From Octopus sinensis (lineage: Eukaryota), in assembly GCF_006345805.1 (NCBI RefSeq), contig NC_042999.1:148056001-148120000 (forward strand): a stretch of DNA of 64,000 bases, written 5' to 3'. How positions within the stretch are numbered: the first letter of the stretch is position 1; each line of letters opens with the position of its first letter. Below, in pieces: positions 12,166-23,109 of this stretch. The notes below the pieces were generated by a model, which was not told the origin of the DNA, made no database searches, and was given only the letters and a program-made list of their open reading frames with translations. A program made the position numbers and the translations under genes.

Positions 12166-13249
12166 ACAAAACTGCTTTCAACGTCACACTAACAGATCGC
12201 AGTAACGTTTTAGATATGAAAACAAGCAATCTCATTGGTTAAAATTCGCAGTTTTAATCTACGATTAAAGTCATAAAATAGATTTTTCTCAAATAAACTA
12301 GTTCCAACTGGCGAATAAACTAGTTCCACTCTATGAGTACACAAAGTTTCAAATTATTTAGTTAACTAGAAAGATCTGGGGTCCTGGCCACAAATTTGAA
12401 AAGATCCGATTCTCAAGAATTCATTAAAAAACAGTCCCAATCACTGCTATAATCCATAACGAGCCAATTTTAAGTCATTTAAACATTTAACACCTTACTA
12501 TTTTCACACTGCCTACATTCCTTCTTATTCTCCCTTCTCTTTCTTCTTCTTATTCTACTTCTTCTTCTTCTTTTTCTTCTTCCTTCTCCTTCCTAACTTT
12601 ATCACTAATGCTGTTTAGTATAACACCTACGCAAATTCTATAAACAAAACATTCAAAAGGAATATTTTCATGAATTGAACAGCAACTGCTACCATCCATT
12701 GTGGGTCATTTTCGGGGCAGCGCAGCTGACCATTGAACATACTACTGTCATGGCACTCCCACATTTTTCTTCTTCTTCTTCTTCTTCTTCTTCTTCTTCT
12801 TCTTCTTCTTTTTCTTCTTCTTCTCCTCTTCCTGGTGTCGATAGAATCGACTTAATACTTTTGTTATCTCATGCTTTGTCCCCTCTGTGTTTTGCCTCTT
12901 GCTGCAACAAATTTACACAAAAGGTAAATAAACCAGAAGTGTGTGTGGGGGGGTCAATGTTTCATCGTTTCGGGGTCGATAGATTAAGTACCAATTACGC
13001 ACTGGTGTCGAGGATTTTTTTCCCAATTTATATCACAGCTTCCGACAAGCTGGGGCATCTTTTATGAAAAAATATTTCGCAAATTTTTACAATACGACTC
13101 ACACTCCACGCGCAAACTCTGAACCGCTTTAGGCATATTTTGTGTTTGTTTTTTTTTGTTGTTTCTGGCCCTTCAAAACCATGGGAGAAGCCTTTTCGGT
13201 AAAAAAAAATAAAGAAAATATTCAAAAAATATCGTTACATTCACTAGAG

Positions 13250-13760
13250 ATCATTCACTAAAAGAATTAAGGGCATGACTGATCTTGATTATTGAGATAA
13301 CCTTAAAGCATTAAAACTCTATTCTCTCTAGAGCCACTGTAAGCGATACATCATTTGCACGATGTGGAGAATATACCGCCAGCATTACCCAAACGACTTC
13401 AACATTAGTTTCAAAAATTCATCCAAGGCTAGGACCATAGGCCATACGTCCGCTACCCAATTCAGGATCACAACACATAAATACACTGCAACACAATTTC
13501 TTTTCCTCAAAAGGCCCTGCCCTATTTAACATTGTCCCGAAATAGATCAAAGAGAAAAAAGATTCTATCACCTTTAAACGGGATCTGAACAAATGTTTTC
13601 AAGGAATACCAGATAAGCCACCAATACCTGGATACAACTCACTTAAATGGACCACGATATCACAAAACTTGACTTTAAAAGGATTTAGCTAATCCTGTCA
13701 GGTGGTGCTATTAAGGTAGACATGACCTGGACCAATCTTTGGCCGAAACATATCTAAGTT
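13250..13760 (+). mobile_element. CR1-like LINE 3' fragment, degenerate
   Basis: RSFTKRIKGMTDLDY*...LKLYSL...RYIICTMW...KGPALFNIVP...FKRDLNK...IPDKPPIPGY; same C-terminal pattern as the 52-55 kb element. Confidence 0.8.
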
Positions 13761-13787
13761 ATATTACATGTAGCCATGTATACACAT

Positions 13788-13833
<46 letters not shown>

Positions 13834-14608
13834 GTGTATACATATGAAGACACACACGCACACACGTGTAGGCACGCGCACACACGCACATGCACGCACA
13901 CACACGCGCACACACATGCTCACACGCTCGCGCACACATACTTAGATAATGTTTCTAATGATTTTAAGATCAATATCAGAGGAAACATGTTTGTCAATGA
14001 AGAAAATGAAGATTTACATAGCACTGTTATTTGATGTTTTTATTGAAAGCAATTAAAACATGGAACTCCGGAGAGATGTAGGAAATATCAACACATTCAG
14101 TGGTTTGTGACGATAAAATATATGTTAATGAATTGAAATTCAAAACTATTGCTTTTGTAGAGATTTATGAAAGTTAACAATTTATATCAGAATAAACTTG
14201 GAATTAATGCACAAGCCTGTATTTCAACCTCTTATCCAAAAATTACTCGGAATTGTTAAAACCTCAGATTAAAACGATTTGTCTGTTAAAAATTGTTCTA
14301 AGCTTCTAGAAAATTGGATATGATACGCTAATGTACATCTTGCTCTGTTCTTTGAACTTGTTAGCAAATTATGGCAAGCATTATGAAAATAAGGTGAACT
14401 TTCCCACCAAGACATATGCAAGAATAATATTAAGGCTAGTATAACATTAATATAGTGATTGACTATATCTGGTGTAAGTATGGAAATTAAAAATCAAATA
14501 TTTTCTCTTCTTAATCCAATTTAAACATATCTATTTAAAATATATGAGCCAAGACGAAAGCATTAGATTTAGAAACAGAAATGAAATAGAAAAAAATTTT
14601 AAACTTAC

Positions 14609-14938
14609 CTAAATCTGGACATTTATTTTTCGTGATGCTGATATGATCAAGTAGAACTGAACAAGGTGAAAATCCGTAAAACATAGTGTACACATAGTCT
14701 TTCAGGAAAATAAGTTTGGTAGGTGTCGCTTTGTCAATATATACTTGATATATATGCCATGGGGTTGTACCATGACTCACCACACTCAAAAGTGATTCCT
14801 TGTTCAATGCATTATAAATGGTCAGGTTACATCTACCGAGTATCTTGTATCTAATTTGCACACAACTATTGTTAATGTTTTCACGCGGTGATGCCAAACC
14901 AGCAGTACCGTATGAAGAAGGAGATTGCATGTACACAT
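14609..14938 (-). CDS. Host gene exon E: C-terminal part of divergent MAM domain 3
   Basis: Acceptor tttcttctctag|AT, donor TTAG|gtaagt; 330 nt, phase 1-1. Translates VYMQSPSSYGTAGLASP...SCVQIRYKILG...TTPWHIYQVYI...KLIF...VLLDHISITKNKCPDL. Confidence 0.88.
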
Positions 14939-17110
14939 CTAGAGAAGAAATTTGAAAATATATTTATTTTGAAAGGAAATTATATTTAGTGTTACAAAAT
15001 ACATCTCATAATATAGAATAATATTTTCATAAAAATATGTAACCATTAATTTCATCCTCATCAACTAATTACAGTAACCTATTTGGATTGTGTAAATGAA
15101 ATCGTCATTCAATAAGGCAACCCTTGGAAACATTAAATTCATTGTGACTGTTTATAGTTTGGTATATTCGCTTATTTGAGAGTTTAGTATTTTAGCCTTC
15201 AGCACAAGACTGTCTAGCATGACAATTATGTTAATGATATAGATTAGACAGAAGTTACTAATCTACTTCTATATTCACTAGTTGAATGAGGACCAATCAA
15301 CTCAATCAAAATTCTCTTTTCTATCTATTCTTTACGTGATATCGAATTATAGGTAACAGAGTCAAGTTATAGACACGGTACATTGAGTGTGATAAATACC
15401 AACTAAAATCACTGATTGTTAAAATGATGTCTCACTGTCTAGGTCAACTCCTAACCCCAGCTAATTTGCAAGCAAAAAATTAAAGAAAACATTAAGAAAA
15501 GAGAAGAAATATTTAGCATAAGAAGTAGGTCTTGCCACTAAATTTGCAAATATGTTTGACTGTCCATATTTGTCTGTAAAGATGCATTTCTACTACGCTC
15601 ATCTGTATTTCTGTCTGTTGTTTCTAAGCAAATGTAACAGAAGTTGTCAGTGAAACTAATATCCTTCACAAAATCCTGACTTTGTTTTTTTTTATGTGCA
15701 TACTGTGCCAAGACTATCTAGTATGGCAATAATATTGATGGTAAAGATTAGATGAAGTTATTCAACAACAAAGCATGTCTTTGGTTTATTTTTTTATCTA
15801 CCAAAAGCCTTTCAGGGCTTTATGTAAGATTTATACATTTGAATTTATAGGAAAAGGGTATCAGTTGACAAACATACATTTACGGAAAATAACCGAATTT
15901 TCATGCAATTTAAAAAACAAAATATTTATTTACCATTTATTGATCCGCTTTCATTTCCTGATGGTACTCTTTCCCAATTTTGGTACGTAAAATTCTGATA
16001 CTGGCATATCATTGGGTTTGAGAAGTCACAGGAAATGCTTCTGTCTTTAATGAGAAAGAGAAAAAAAGACAACCTTTCTTAGCTCAATGTTAAGATATTA
16101 ACCGTAATAATGCATAACTCATTTTTACACAACACTTAAACACAAGCAGCGATAAGTAGCGTAAAAGAATAGTATCGATTTGAAGTGAGTACTTTTTTCG
16201 TTGTGTAATATTAACTTTAAAGGAAAGTAGACTAAAACAAAATTATTAATCGATTCATTTATCAATCAATTCATATAAGAAAAAACTGAGAAGTATAAAA
16301 AACAGAAAAGCTACTTTTTTATGAATGATAAACTGATGCAAGTCACCGATCAATTTCTTTAGTTGGTTTGGGTCTCAGACAGGCAGAGGAACATGTATGG
16401 AAGTATAACCGTTACTTCAGCATGTCCCCACTCCAGAAATGAATATCAATTGGCTAGTGACAACTCCCCCATTTGATGGAGAGGACAAAACAGGAGTAGT
16501 ACCAACGGCAGCATGAGGCCACAACATCAACACCAAAACTAACAGCAAATTAAGCAGTAGTAGCACAACAGCGATTGAAAAAATTTCCACCCCCTAAATA
16601 TTCACCACATCACCACCAACAGCAACTAAAAGCTTCCAATCAACAACAGAAGAAAAGGCAATGACTTCCTAAAATATGCAGCTCCCCACTTGCAACCACT
16701 CAGACTTGCCATAGGACGACGGTGATGGGGAAGAAGGCAAATAAAACCCACTGCCATAAACACGAACTACAAAGCAATAATAGAACGTACTTCAATACAC
16801 AGATGTTACTCACATGATGTGATCTGGGGACACCTTAGAAGCAGGTCCGCCTACTAAATGATACCAGGTCACTAGAGATAAATATGGGGCCATTAGCGAG
16901 ATAAGAGTTTCCTGTCCACTAGCACTAGCATCCATTTTCGGTGAGAATGCTATCTATTTATCTCCAAATTAACTGTAACTGGAAAGAGGATGTGCTGTGT
17001 TGTTTCGAAAAGGTGCAGATTTCAGGATACGGGCTATCTTTTTAGATCCAGCAGTTAAGCTGGTGGTAGTGGGCGTGACTGGTAGGGGAGGCCATACCTT
17101 CAGACGCGCA

Positions 17111-17488
17111 GTTGTCTATGACTCATCAGAGATTTGGTGACCAGATTTCTTTAGGTGTCTGAATTCAGAATTCAAAATCATTGGTTACACAGACCACACC
17201 TTTGTGATCCGTACAGGCGACCTATATAGGCAGCGACCCGTTACTGGATGCGTCACGAACTTCTACTTACTATTTATGGGACGTTTTTTTACTGGTCGGT
17301 TTCTCCATTTACTTAGTGAAGGACTGGAGAAGCCGTGGCTGATGATGCACAGATATTCCCGTAGCCTGAGAAATCTTGAGCGAATACTTGATGGTGAATA
17401 GATATGAATTCTGAATTTAGACGCCTAAAAAAAATCTGGTCACCAAATCTCTAATGAGCCATAGCCAACAGGCAAACCATTTTTCAGA
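17111..17488. repeat. Pair of inverted ~69-bp repeats carrying degenerate hammerhead cores (Penelope terminal-repeat-like or MITE-like)
   Basis: 17111-17179 is approximately the reverse complement of 17401-17469. The right arm continues as tct CTAATGA GCC..GGC AAA ..TC aga. Confidence 0.7.
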
Positions 17489-17574
17489 GGGGTTTTTCAA
17501 CAGCTCGTCTCTTTGACAAAGGAACAATCTTGGTCAAGCAAAAACCAAGGCATGGTAGTTGGCAGTGGGGTTAG

Positions 17575-18400
17575 TTCAAGTTCAACCATAACGTTTTATG
17601 GGAGGTTTGCAATGGGAAAGCGAGACGGCGTTCTCTAGCAGACTCTGGGCTTCGACGAAATCAATTGGCTTGTCTATTCCGAAGGAATTCCTGGGACCCA
17701 TGGATAACTCGCAGAAATTCTTACCTACCAGTGCTACCGGAGAAGGGAAACATTACTGGTTCGAGATAAACACTCGAGGCACGGAAATGTTGTCAGCCAA
17801 GCCTGCACGTGGTACACACAGAGCAACAAAACTATTCTGTATGCACTCGTCCGCTGCCCGAGTATAGCTAACTTGTGGAGTTGTGGAACAACTGCTGTTG
17901 GGTGTAGGACGGATCCAACTAATAAATGAGTGCATTCTGAAGATCGTCTTGGCTCCTTCCTTTGGTCAGGACGGACAGGCAGTATTTATCTCTCTGATGA
18001 CCTTCACGAAAGAGGTTGTGTGGCGGTCTAGATTGAAAGTGCTAATCTCAAACATATTCCATTCTGAACAAGCCCTTATCAACTTTCCAAGTTTCCTCTG
18101 AAGAGAAAATAAGGGTTGAGAGAGACATGTTGGCTCCGGAAAAATTTGTTAAAGGGTTAATATGGGCGGTGATATGATCAAAGTGAACAGTCCGACTCTG
18201 TAGATTTAGGGAAGGCTAGCTGGGAAGGCACTTGCCTTAATGATCAGGGTGACTGTGATTTTGGAGTTTTTCCACGAGTAGCCCTCAGAAATTTCCCTCT
18301 TTTGAGGAATTATTGTTGGAATTTATTGTTGCTAGTATTCGTCTTTTTAAACACTCTTTCAAGCAATTCCACAAGGTCCTCAAAACTTTTGTAAAACCTC
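17575..18400 (+). mobile_element. Tx1/L1-clade 3' fragment
   Basis: Similar to 20690-21300. TILYALVRCPSIANLW...VEQLLLGVGRIQL...KEVVWRSRLK. Confidence 0.8.
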
Positions 18401-18499
18401 GGTGATTCATAATGAGAATGTTATCTTTAAGGCAGCAAGACCCCTCTCTCAAAGTTTCAGGCTTTGCAACTATTGTAGAAAAGATTATTATTGTTGTTA

Positions 18500-18712
18500 A
18501 GGTGGCGTGCTGGAAGAATCGTTAACACGCCAGGCAAAATGCTTAGCACTATTTCTATCAGCTTTACATTCTGAGTTCAAATTCCGCTGAGGTCGACCTC
18601 ACTTTTCATCCTTTCAGGGTTGATAAAGTAAGTACCAGTTGAACCCTGTGTCATGTAATCGACTCATCCTCTCCCCAAAAATTGTTGCACTTGTGACAAA
18701 ATTTGAAACCAT
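18500..18712 (+). mobile_element. tRNA-derived SINE ending in (ATT)n/(GTT)n
   Basis: B-box GAGTTCAAATTCC; homologous to the 5253-5466 copy. Confidence 0.85.
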
Positions 18713-18735
18713 TATTATTGTTGTTGTTGTTGTTA

Positions 18736-19270
18736 TGTGATGAAAACTCAGTGTATTTTGCTGGGTATGATGGAAAGTGTCAGCTGTCCACAGCCAGCAA
18801 ACTAAGGTGACACTTATTTACTGGTCATGCTTCAAGAACTTTGAGAAGAATTCTTGCAGTTCCAAGCAATGTTGATTTGTGTAGGTATTCTACCTTCAAT
18901 CTTTTTCAGCCATGCTAATAGTTGAGTTCCGATACCTCAAAGTGTGCCAATTACTATTAGTATCACGTATGCCCTCTACATTGACCTCAACCTTTGTATT
19001 ACCCACTTCAAATTGCCATAGTTGCTTATTCTTTCTTCTTTCTCATTGATCCTGCTGTCAGAGGGTCATGCAATGTCGATTATCATGCATGTTGTTTCTT
19101 TTGTTTTCACTACAGCAATGTACAGCTAGGGTCAGGTGATCGCACTGGATCATTGCATCTGACAGAATTTTTCAAATCTCATTCTTGGTTATTCCTTCTG
19201 TGGGTTGCTCATACGATGACTTTGATCTTTGTATCGATGATTTCCATAGATCTCTCAATGGATCAGCATT
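18736..19270 (-). mobile_element. R4/Dong-like retrotransposon 3' fragment (D1)
   Basis: KIL.DAMIQCDH...TCMIIDIA.PSDSRI...IVIGTL...STLLGTARILLKVLEA* (frameshifted), followed by an (AAC/AAT)n tail. Confidence 0.75.
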
Positions 19271-19271
19271 A

Positions 19272-21545
19272 TAACCGCTGAAATTCGTGAGGTGGTGAAC
19301 GATTGCACATGTCGCAGATCACCCGGTTCAGATGGTCTGCCAAATGAATTCTATGTATTCATGCCAGATTTGTTGACGACCTCTTGGTAGACGTCTACCA
19401 CAACTGACAACAGAACGGGAGAATTTCTAGTGCTTTTAGTAGAGGTGTGATGACACTACTGACGAAGGACACCAGGAATGGGGACGCACTAGGGAATTTT
19501 CGGCCCATAACTCTGCTAAACTTAGAATTTAAGATTTTGATCAAGGTGTCAGCGAAAAGACTGGCGCTTGTCGGTAGTCTAGTCAGAGAAGCGCAAACAT
19601 GCGCAATCCCGAGCATAGAGAGGTCTGAAACCGAAGCTGGCATCGGAGGTGCTCTGATCAATTTGCATCAATCAAAAGCATTCGATAGAATTGACCATCG
19701 CTACTTGGAAACCGTCCTGAAGGCAAGCGGTTTCGAACCTGTCTTCAGAAGCTGGATCGCTGCAATGCACAGGGACTCCAGTTAAGTGGTCAAAGTAAAT
19801 AGTCATCTATCGGAGCCTTTTGGCATCACACGCTCGCTCCTCAGGCCTGCCCTTTGTCATCTCTTATGTACGTATTGGCACTCGAGTAACTGCTCCAGAT
19901 GTTGGAACAACTAGGGGCCATCCATCTCCAACTGGAATAAGGAAAGGCAGTATCGGCATGCGCGGGCGACTTCACCGTCATGGTGTCGGACGCCTACAAA
20001 TTGAAAACGGTCGGCACCATACTAAAGGAATATGAGTCGGTTGCAGGGGCTAAAATCAACGCCGACTAATCGGTGGGTTTGCGGTGGGCTCCTGGAAAGG
20101 CAGGACGATGCCATTGGACAGCGTCGACAGACACTGAACCGACGAACTAGTTAAACTGCTCGGGGTCTGATTTGGTCCTGACCACCAGATCGACAAGAAC
20201 TGGGACGCGGTGGCGAATAGGGTGGCCAGTCTTACCCAGAAATGGATTGAGAGAAAGCCGTCTCTGAAAGGTCGAGCAGAAGTGGCGAATGCCTATATCG
20301 CATGACCGTCGTGCTTGCAAGTTACTGCTTGGCCAGGTTGGAGCGTCTCTTATTTAAATTCTTGTGGAAAGACGCGTTTCAATGGAAGGCGGTCAGTCTG
20401 TTGCCAGTATCCTTTCAGTGGTGGATTAGGTATGCCGTGGCTCCTAATGCGCAGACTCCTCTTATGTTACGTCACCTGCAACAAATTTATGGACGGTGAG
20501 CGTGTGTGGGCTCCATTAATGAGGCTCGTCTTTCTGCAGCTCATCTCCTTGACGGAGCTGCAGTCCTGGGTGAAAGAAAGACTGAGATGGGCGCCTGGCA
20601 CCTAGAATGTCATCAGGCACTCACAATCCTCTCCCAGTCGGGCAATGGGATCGGTGGATGTTCCTCTTTAGAAAATTAAAGAGGATTAGTAGTGGGAAAG
20701 CACGACGCCGTTCTCGCGGAGATTCTAGGCCCCGACGAAAATGAACTTGCTTGTCTATTCCGAAGGACTTTCTGGTCAGAAACTATCATAGATAATTTCC
20801 CGATGTCTTTCACCTGGCAGTACTACCAGGGGTGTTACTCGTTCGAGATAGACTGTATGACACGGATGTGCTATCAGGTGCACGCAGTGTGACGAAACCC
20901 TTCTGTCCGCACTCGTTCAGTGCCCAGGCATTAGTGACTTGTGGGATTATGTCTGTCGGCCAAGTCTGTAGTGATGATTTCCCCACTGATCTCCTTCAAT
21001 CGGGCAGGCAAGCTAGTTTTCTTTTGCCTGGTGGCTGTGGCGAAAGAGGTTGTTTGGTGGACAAGGCTGAAAGGCATGGAGACAGATACAATCCTCTTCG
21101 GTACAGCTCTTTATTGACGTCTTCAAGTTTCACTTGAAAAGGAATTTGAAAGTGGAGGGGTAAGTGCTGTCCTCAAGTGAATTTATTGAAAGGTGGCTAA
21201 AAGTTGCGAAAATAGTGAGAGTGGGTGGTACATCTCCCAGTGCAGTCAGTGAGAAAGAATTGGAGAGGACACTTACTTTTGGTGTTCAAGGAAATCTCAG
21301 AGAGTGGAGTTTCTCGATTATCCCTAGAGGGCATCCTGTATTAGGAGGGCTACATCTCTGTCGTCCTCCACCCCACCTTTTCTTTTAAACTTAGTATACT
21401 ATGTATATGACACATTTTTTTTCAGTGTATACCGTGTATAATGACATTTTTCGTTTTTTTCTTTTATCATTTCATTATATGTAAAGCCTCACACTTTATG
21501 TCTATCTTTGTGTTATCTCCACCATCCTTCGACCTTGTGGTAAAT
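19272..21545 (+). mobile_element. Tx1/L1-clade LINE, 5'-truncated and degenerate
   Basis: SPGSDGLP, NFRPITLLN, LHQSKAFDRIDH, LLGV.FGPD, ERWLKVAKIVRV. The 3' UTR ends CCTTGTGGTAAAT and is followed by (ATT)n. Confidence 0.88.
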
Positions 21546-21567
21546 GTAATTATCATTATTATTATTC

Positions 21568-22504
21568 AGTAGTTTTATTTTTATATCGTGCTTTCACTTC
21601 ACTACCGAGCGCAACTCTGTGTGCCTTGGGTATGTACTGTGATTTGTTGTGATGCTCTGATGGTTATTGTATTGAAAGTGTTCTGCGTAGGACGTGTGCA
21701 GTGCCTAGTAGTGCAATTTTCTGTATATTATGTGTTTGTAAGTCCTGGTATTTTGGTTATGTATTTGTCTGAATATTTTTTTATTATGCCTAATGCACCT
21801 ACTATGATAGGAATTGTTTCTGTTTTTAGATTCCACATTCTAGTTACCTCTATTTCCAGGTCTTTGTATTTTGAAAGTTTCTCCATTTCTTTTAGAGACA
21901 CGTTGTCATCTGCTGGTATTGATACATCAATTAGAAAGCATTTTTTTCATGATCTCTGACAACTATATCTGGTCTGTTGGCCTTAATTTCTCTATCTGTG
22001 TCTATTGGCATATCCCAGAGTATGGTTGCTTTCTCGTTTTCTGTGACCTTTTCTGGTGTGTGCCTATACCATCTTTTTTTTCTGTTGTTATTCCATAATG
22101 TTGGCATAGCTTCCAGTGTATGTAGGTCCCAACTCCGTCGTGTCTGTGAATATATTCCTTCTTAGCCAGGACTAGGCAGCTAGAGATAATATGATTTATT
22201 GTTTCTTGTCCATCTCCACATATTCTGCAGTTACTTGTTATATTTCTTTTCATTACATGTTTTTGGTAATTTCTGGTGGGGAGGCTTTAATCTTGTGCTG
22301 CAATTAAAAATCCTTTTGTCTCTGCTTTGAGTCCTGAGCTTCTCAACCATTGCTGGGATTTTTCTTTGTCTATTTCTTTTGCATTTAGTTTAGTCCAGTA
22401 TTTACCATGAAGGGGCTTTTCTTGCCATCGCTTTATCATGGTCCGTTGCTGTTCTATTTTTAGTTTGGATTTCATTTGTTTTATAACTTTTGTTGTTTCT
22501 TTAT
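21568..22504 (-). mobile_element. R4/Dong-like retrotransposon, 5'-truncated (D2), same family as D6
   Basis: Nearly identical by eye to 61326-62270. PLHGKYW...AAQD, CRICGDGQETINHIISSC, QKIALLGTAHVLRRTLSIQ*. The 3' UTR ends AAAACTACTGAATAATAAT. Confidence 0.92.
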
Positions 22505-22575
22505 CTTCTTCTTCTTCTTCTTCTTCTTCTTCTTCTTCTTCTTCTTCTTCTTCTTCTTCTTCTTCTTCATCTTCT
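22503..22575. repeat. (TTC)n microsatellite at the 5' end of D2
   Basis: About 20 perfect units. Confidence 0.95.
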
Positions 22576-22853
22576 TTCTCACTCCTCTCTCTCCTTCTCC
22601 CTCACTCCTCTCTCTCCTTCTCCCTTCATCTATCTCTCTCTTTGCTTCTCCCCACTACAAATCACAAGCTTTAGTTGCTACTAAAATAATTCTGGGTGTT
22701 TATTCACAACCAAGAGCTAACCTATGGTCTTCATATAAGAGAAAGATATATCTAAAAAATATATAACGTCTCTGCAACTTTCAGTTTACTTAATTTATTG
22801 TTGTGTCTCAAACGTAGAATTGAACTTAATTGTCTCATCCTCGTATTCAATTA

Positions 22854-22973
22854 TAGATGTTTTTAGATCTAGTTTGGATTCTTTGCCAACAAATTTGAAT
22901 TCTTTGCCATCAAATTTGAATTTTTGCAATCAAATTTGATGGCAAAGAATCCAAACTAGATCGAAAACATCTA
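22854..22973. mobile_element. 120-bp fold-back MITE with apparent TA duplication
   Basis: Arms of about 45 bp, TAGATGTTTT..GATCTAGTTTGGATTCTTTGCCA, inverted. TA at 22852-53 and 22974-75. Absent from the sister units at 25.8 and 26.3 kb. Confidence 0.8.
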
Positions 22974-23109
22974 TAATTTCTCGGAAGCAACCTTTACACC
23001 ACGAGGTAAATTCTCATTCCCCCCTCGCTGCTACATTCACCATTCTCCCTTCCTATCTCTCTCTCTCTCTTTCCTTCTCTCTCTCTCTCTCCCTTTGCCT
23101 CTCACTCTC

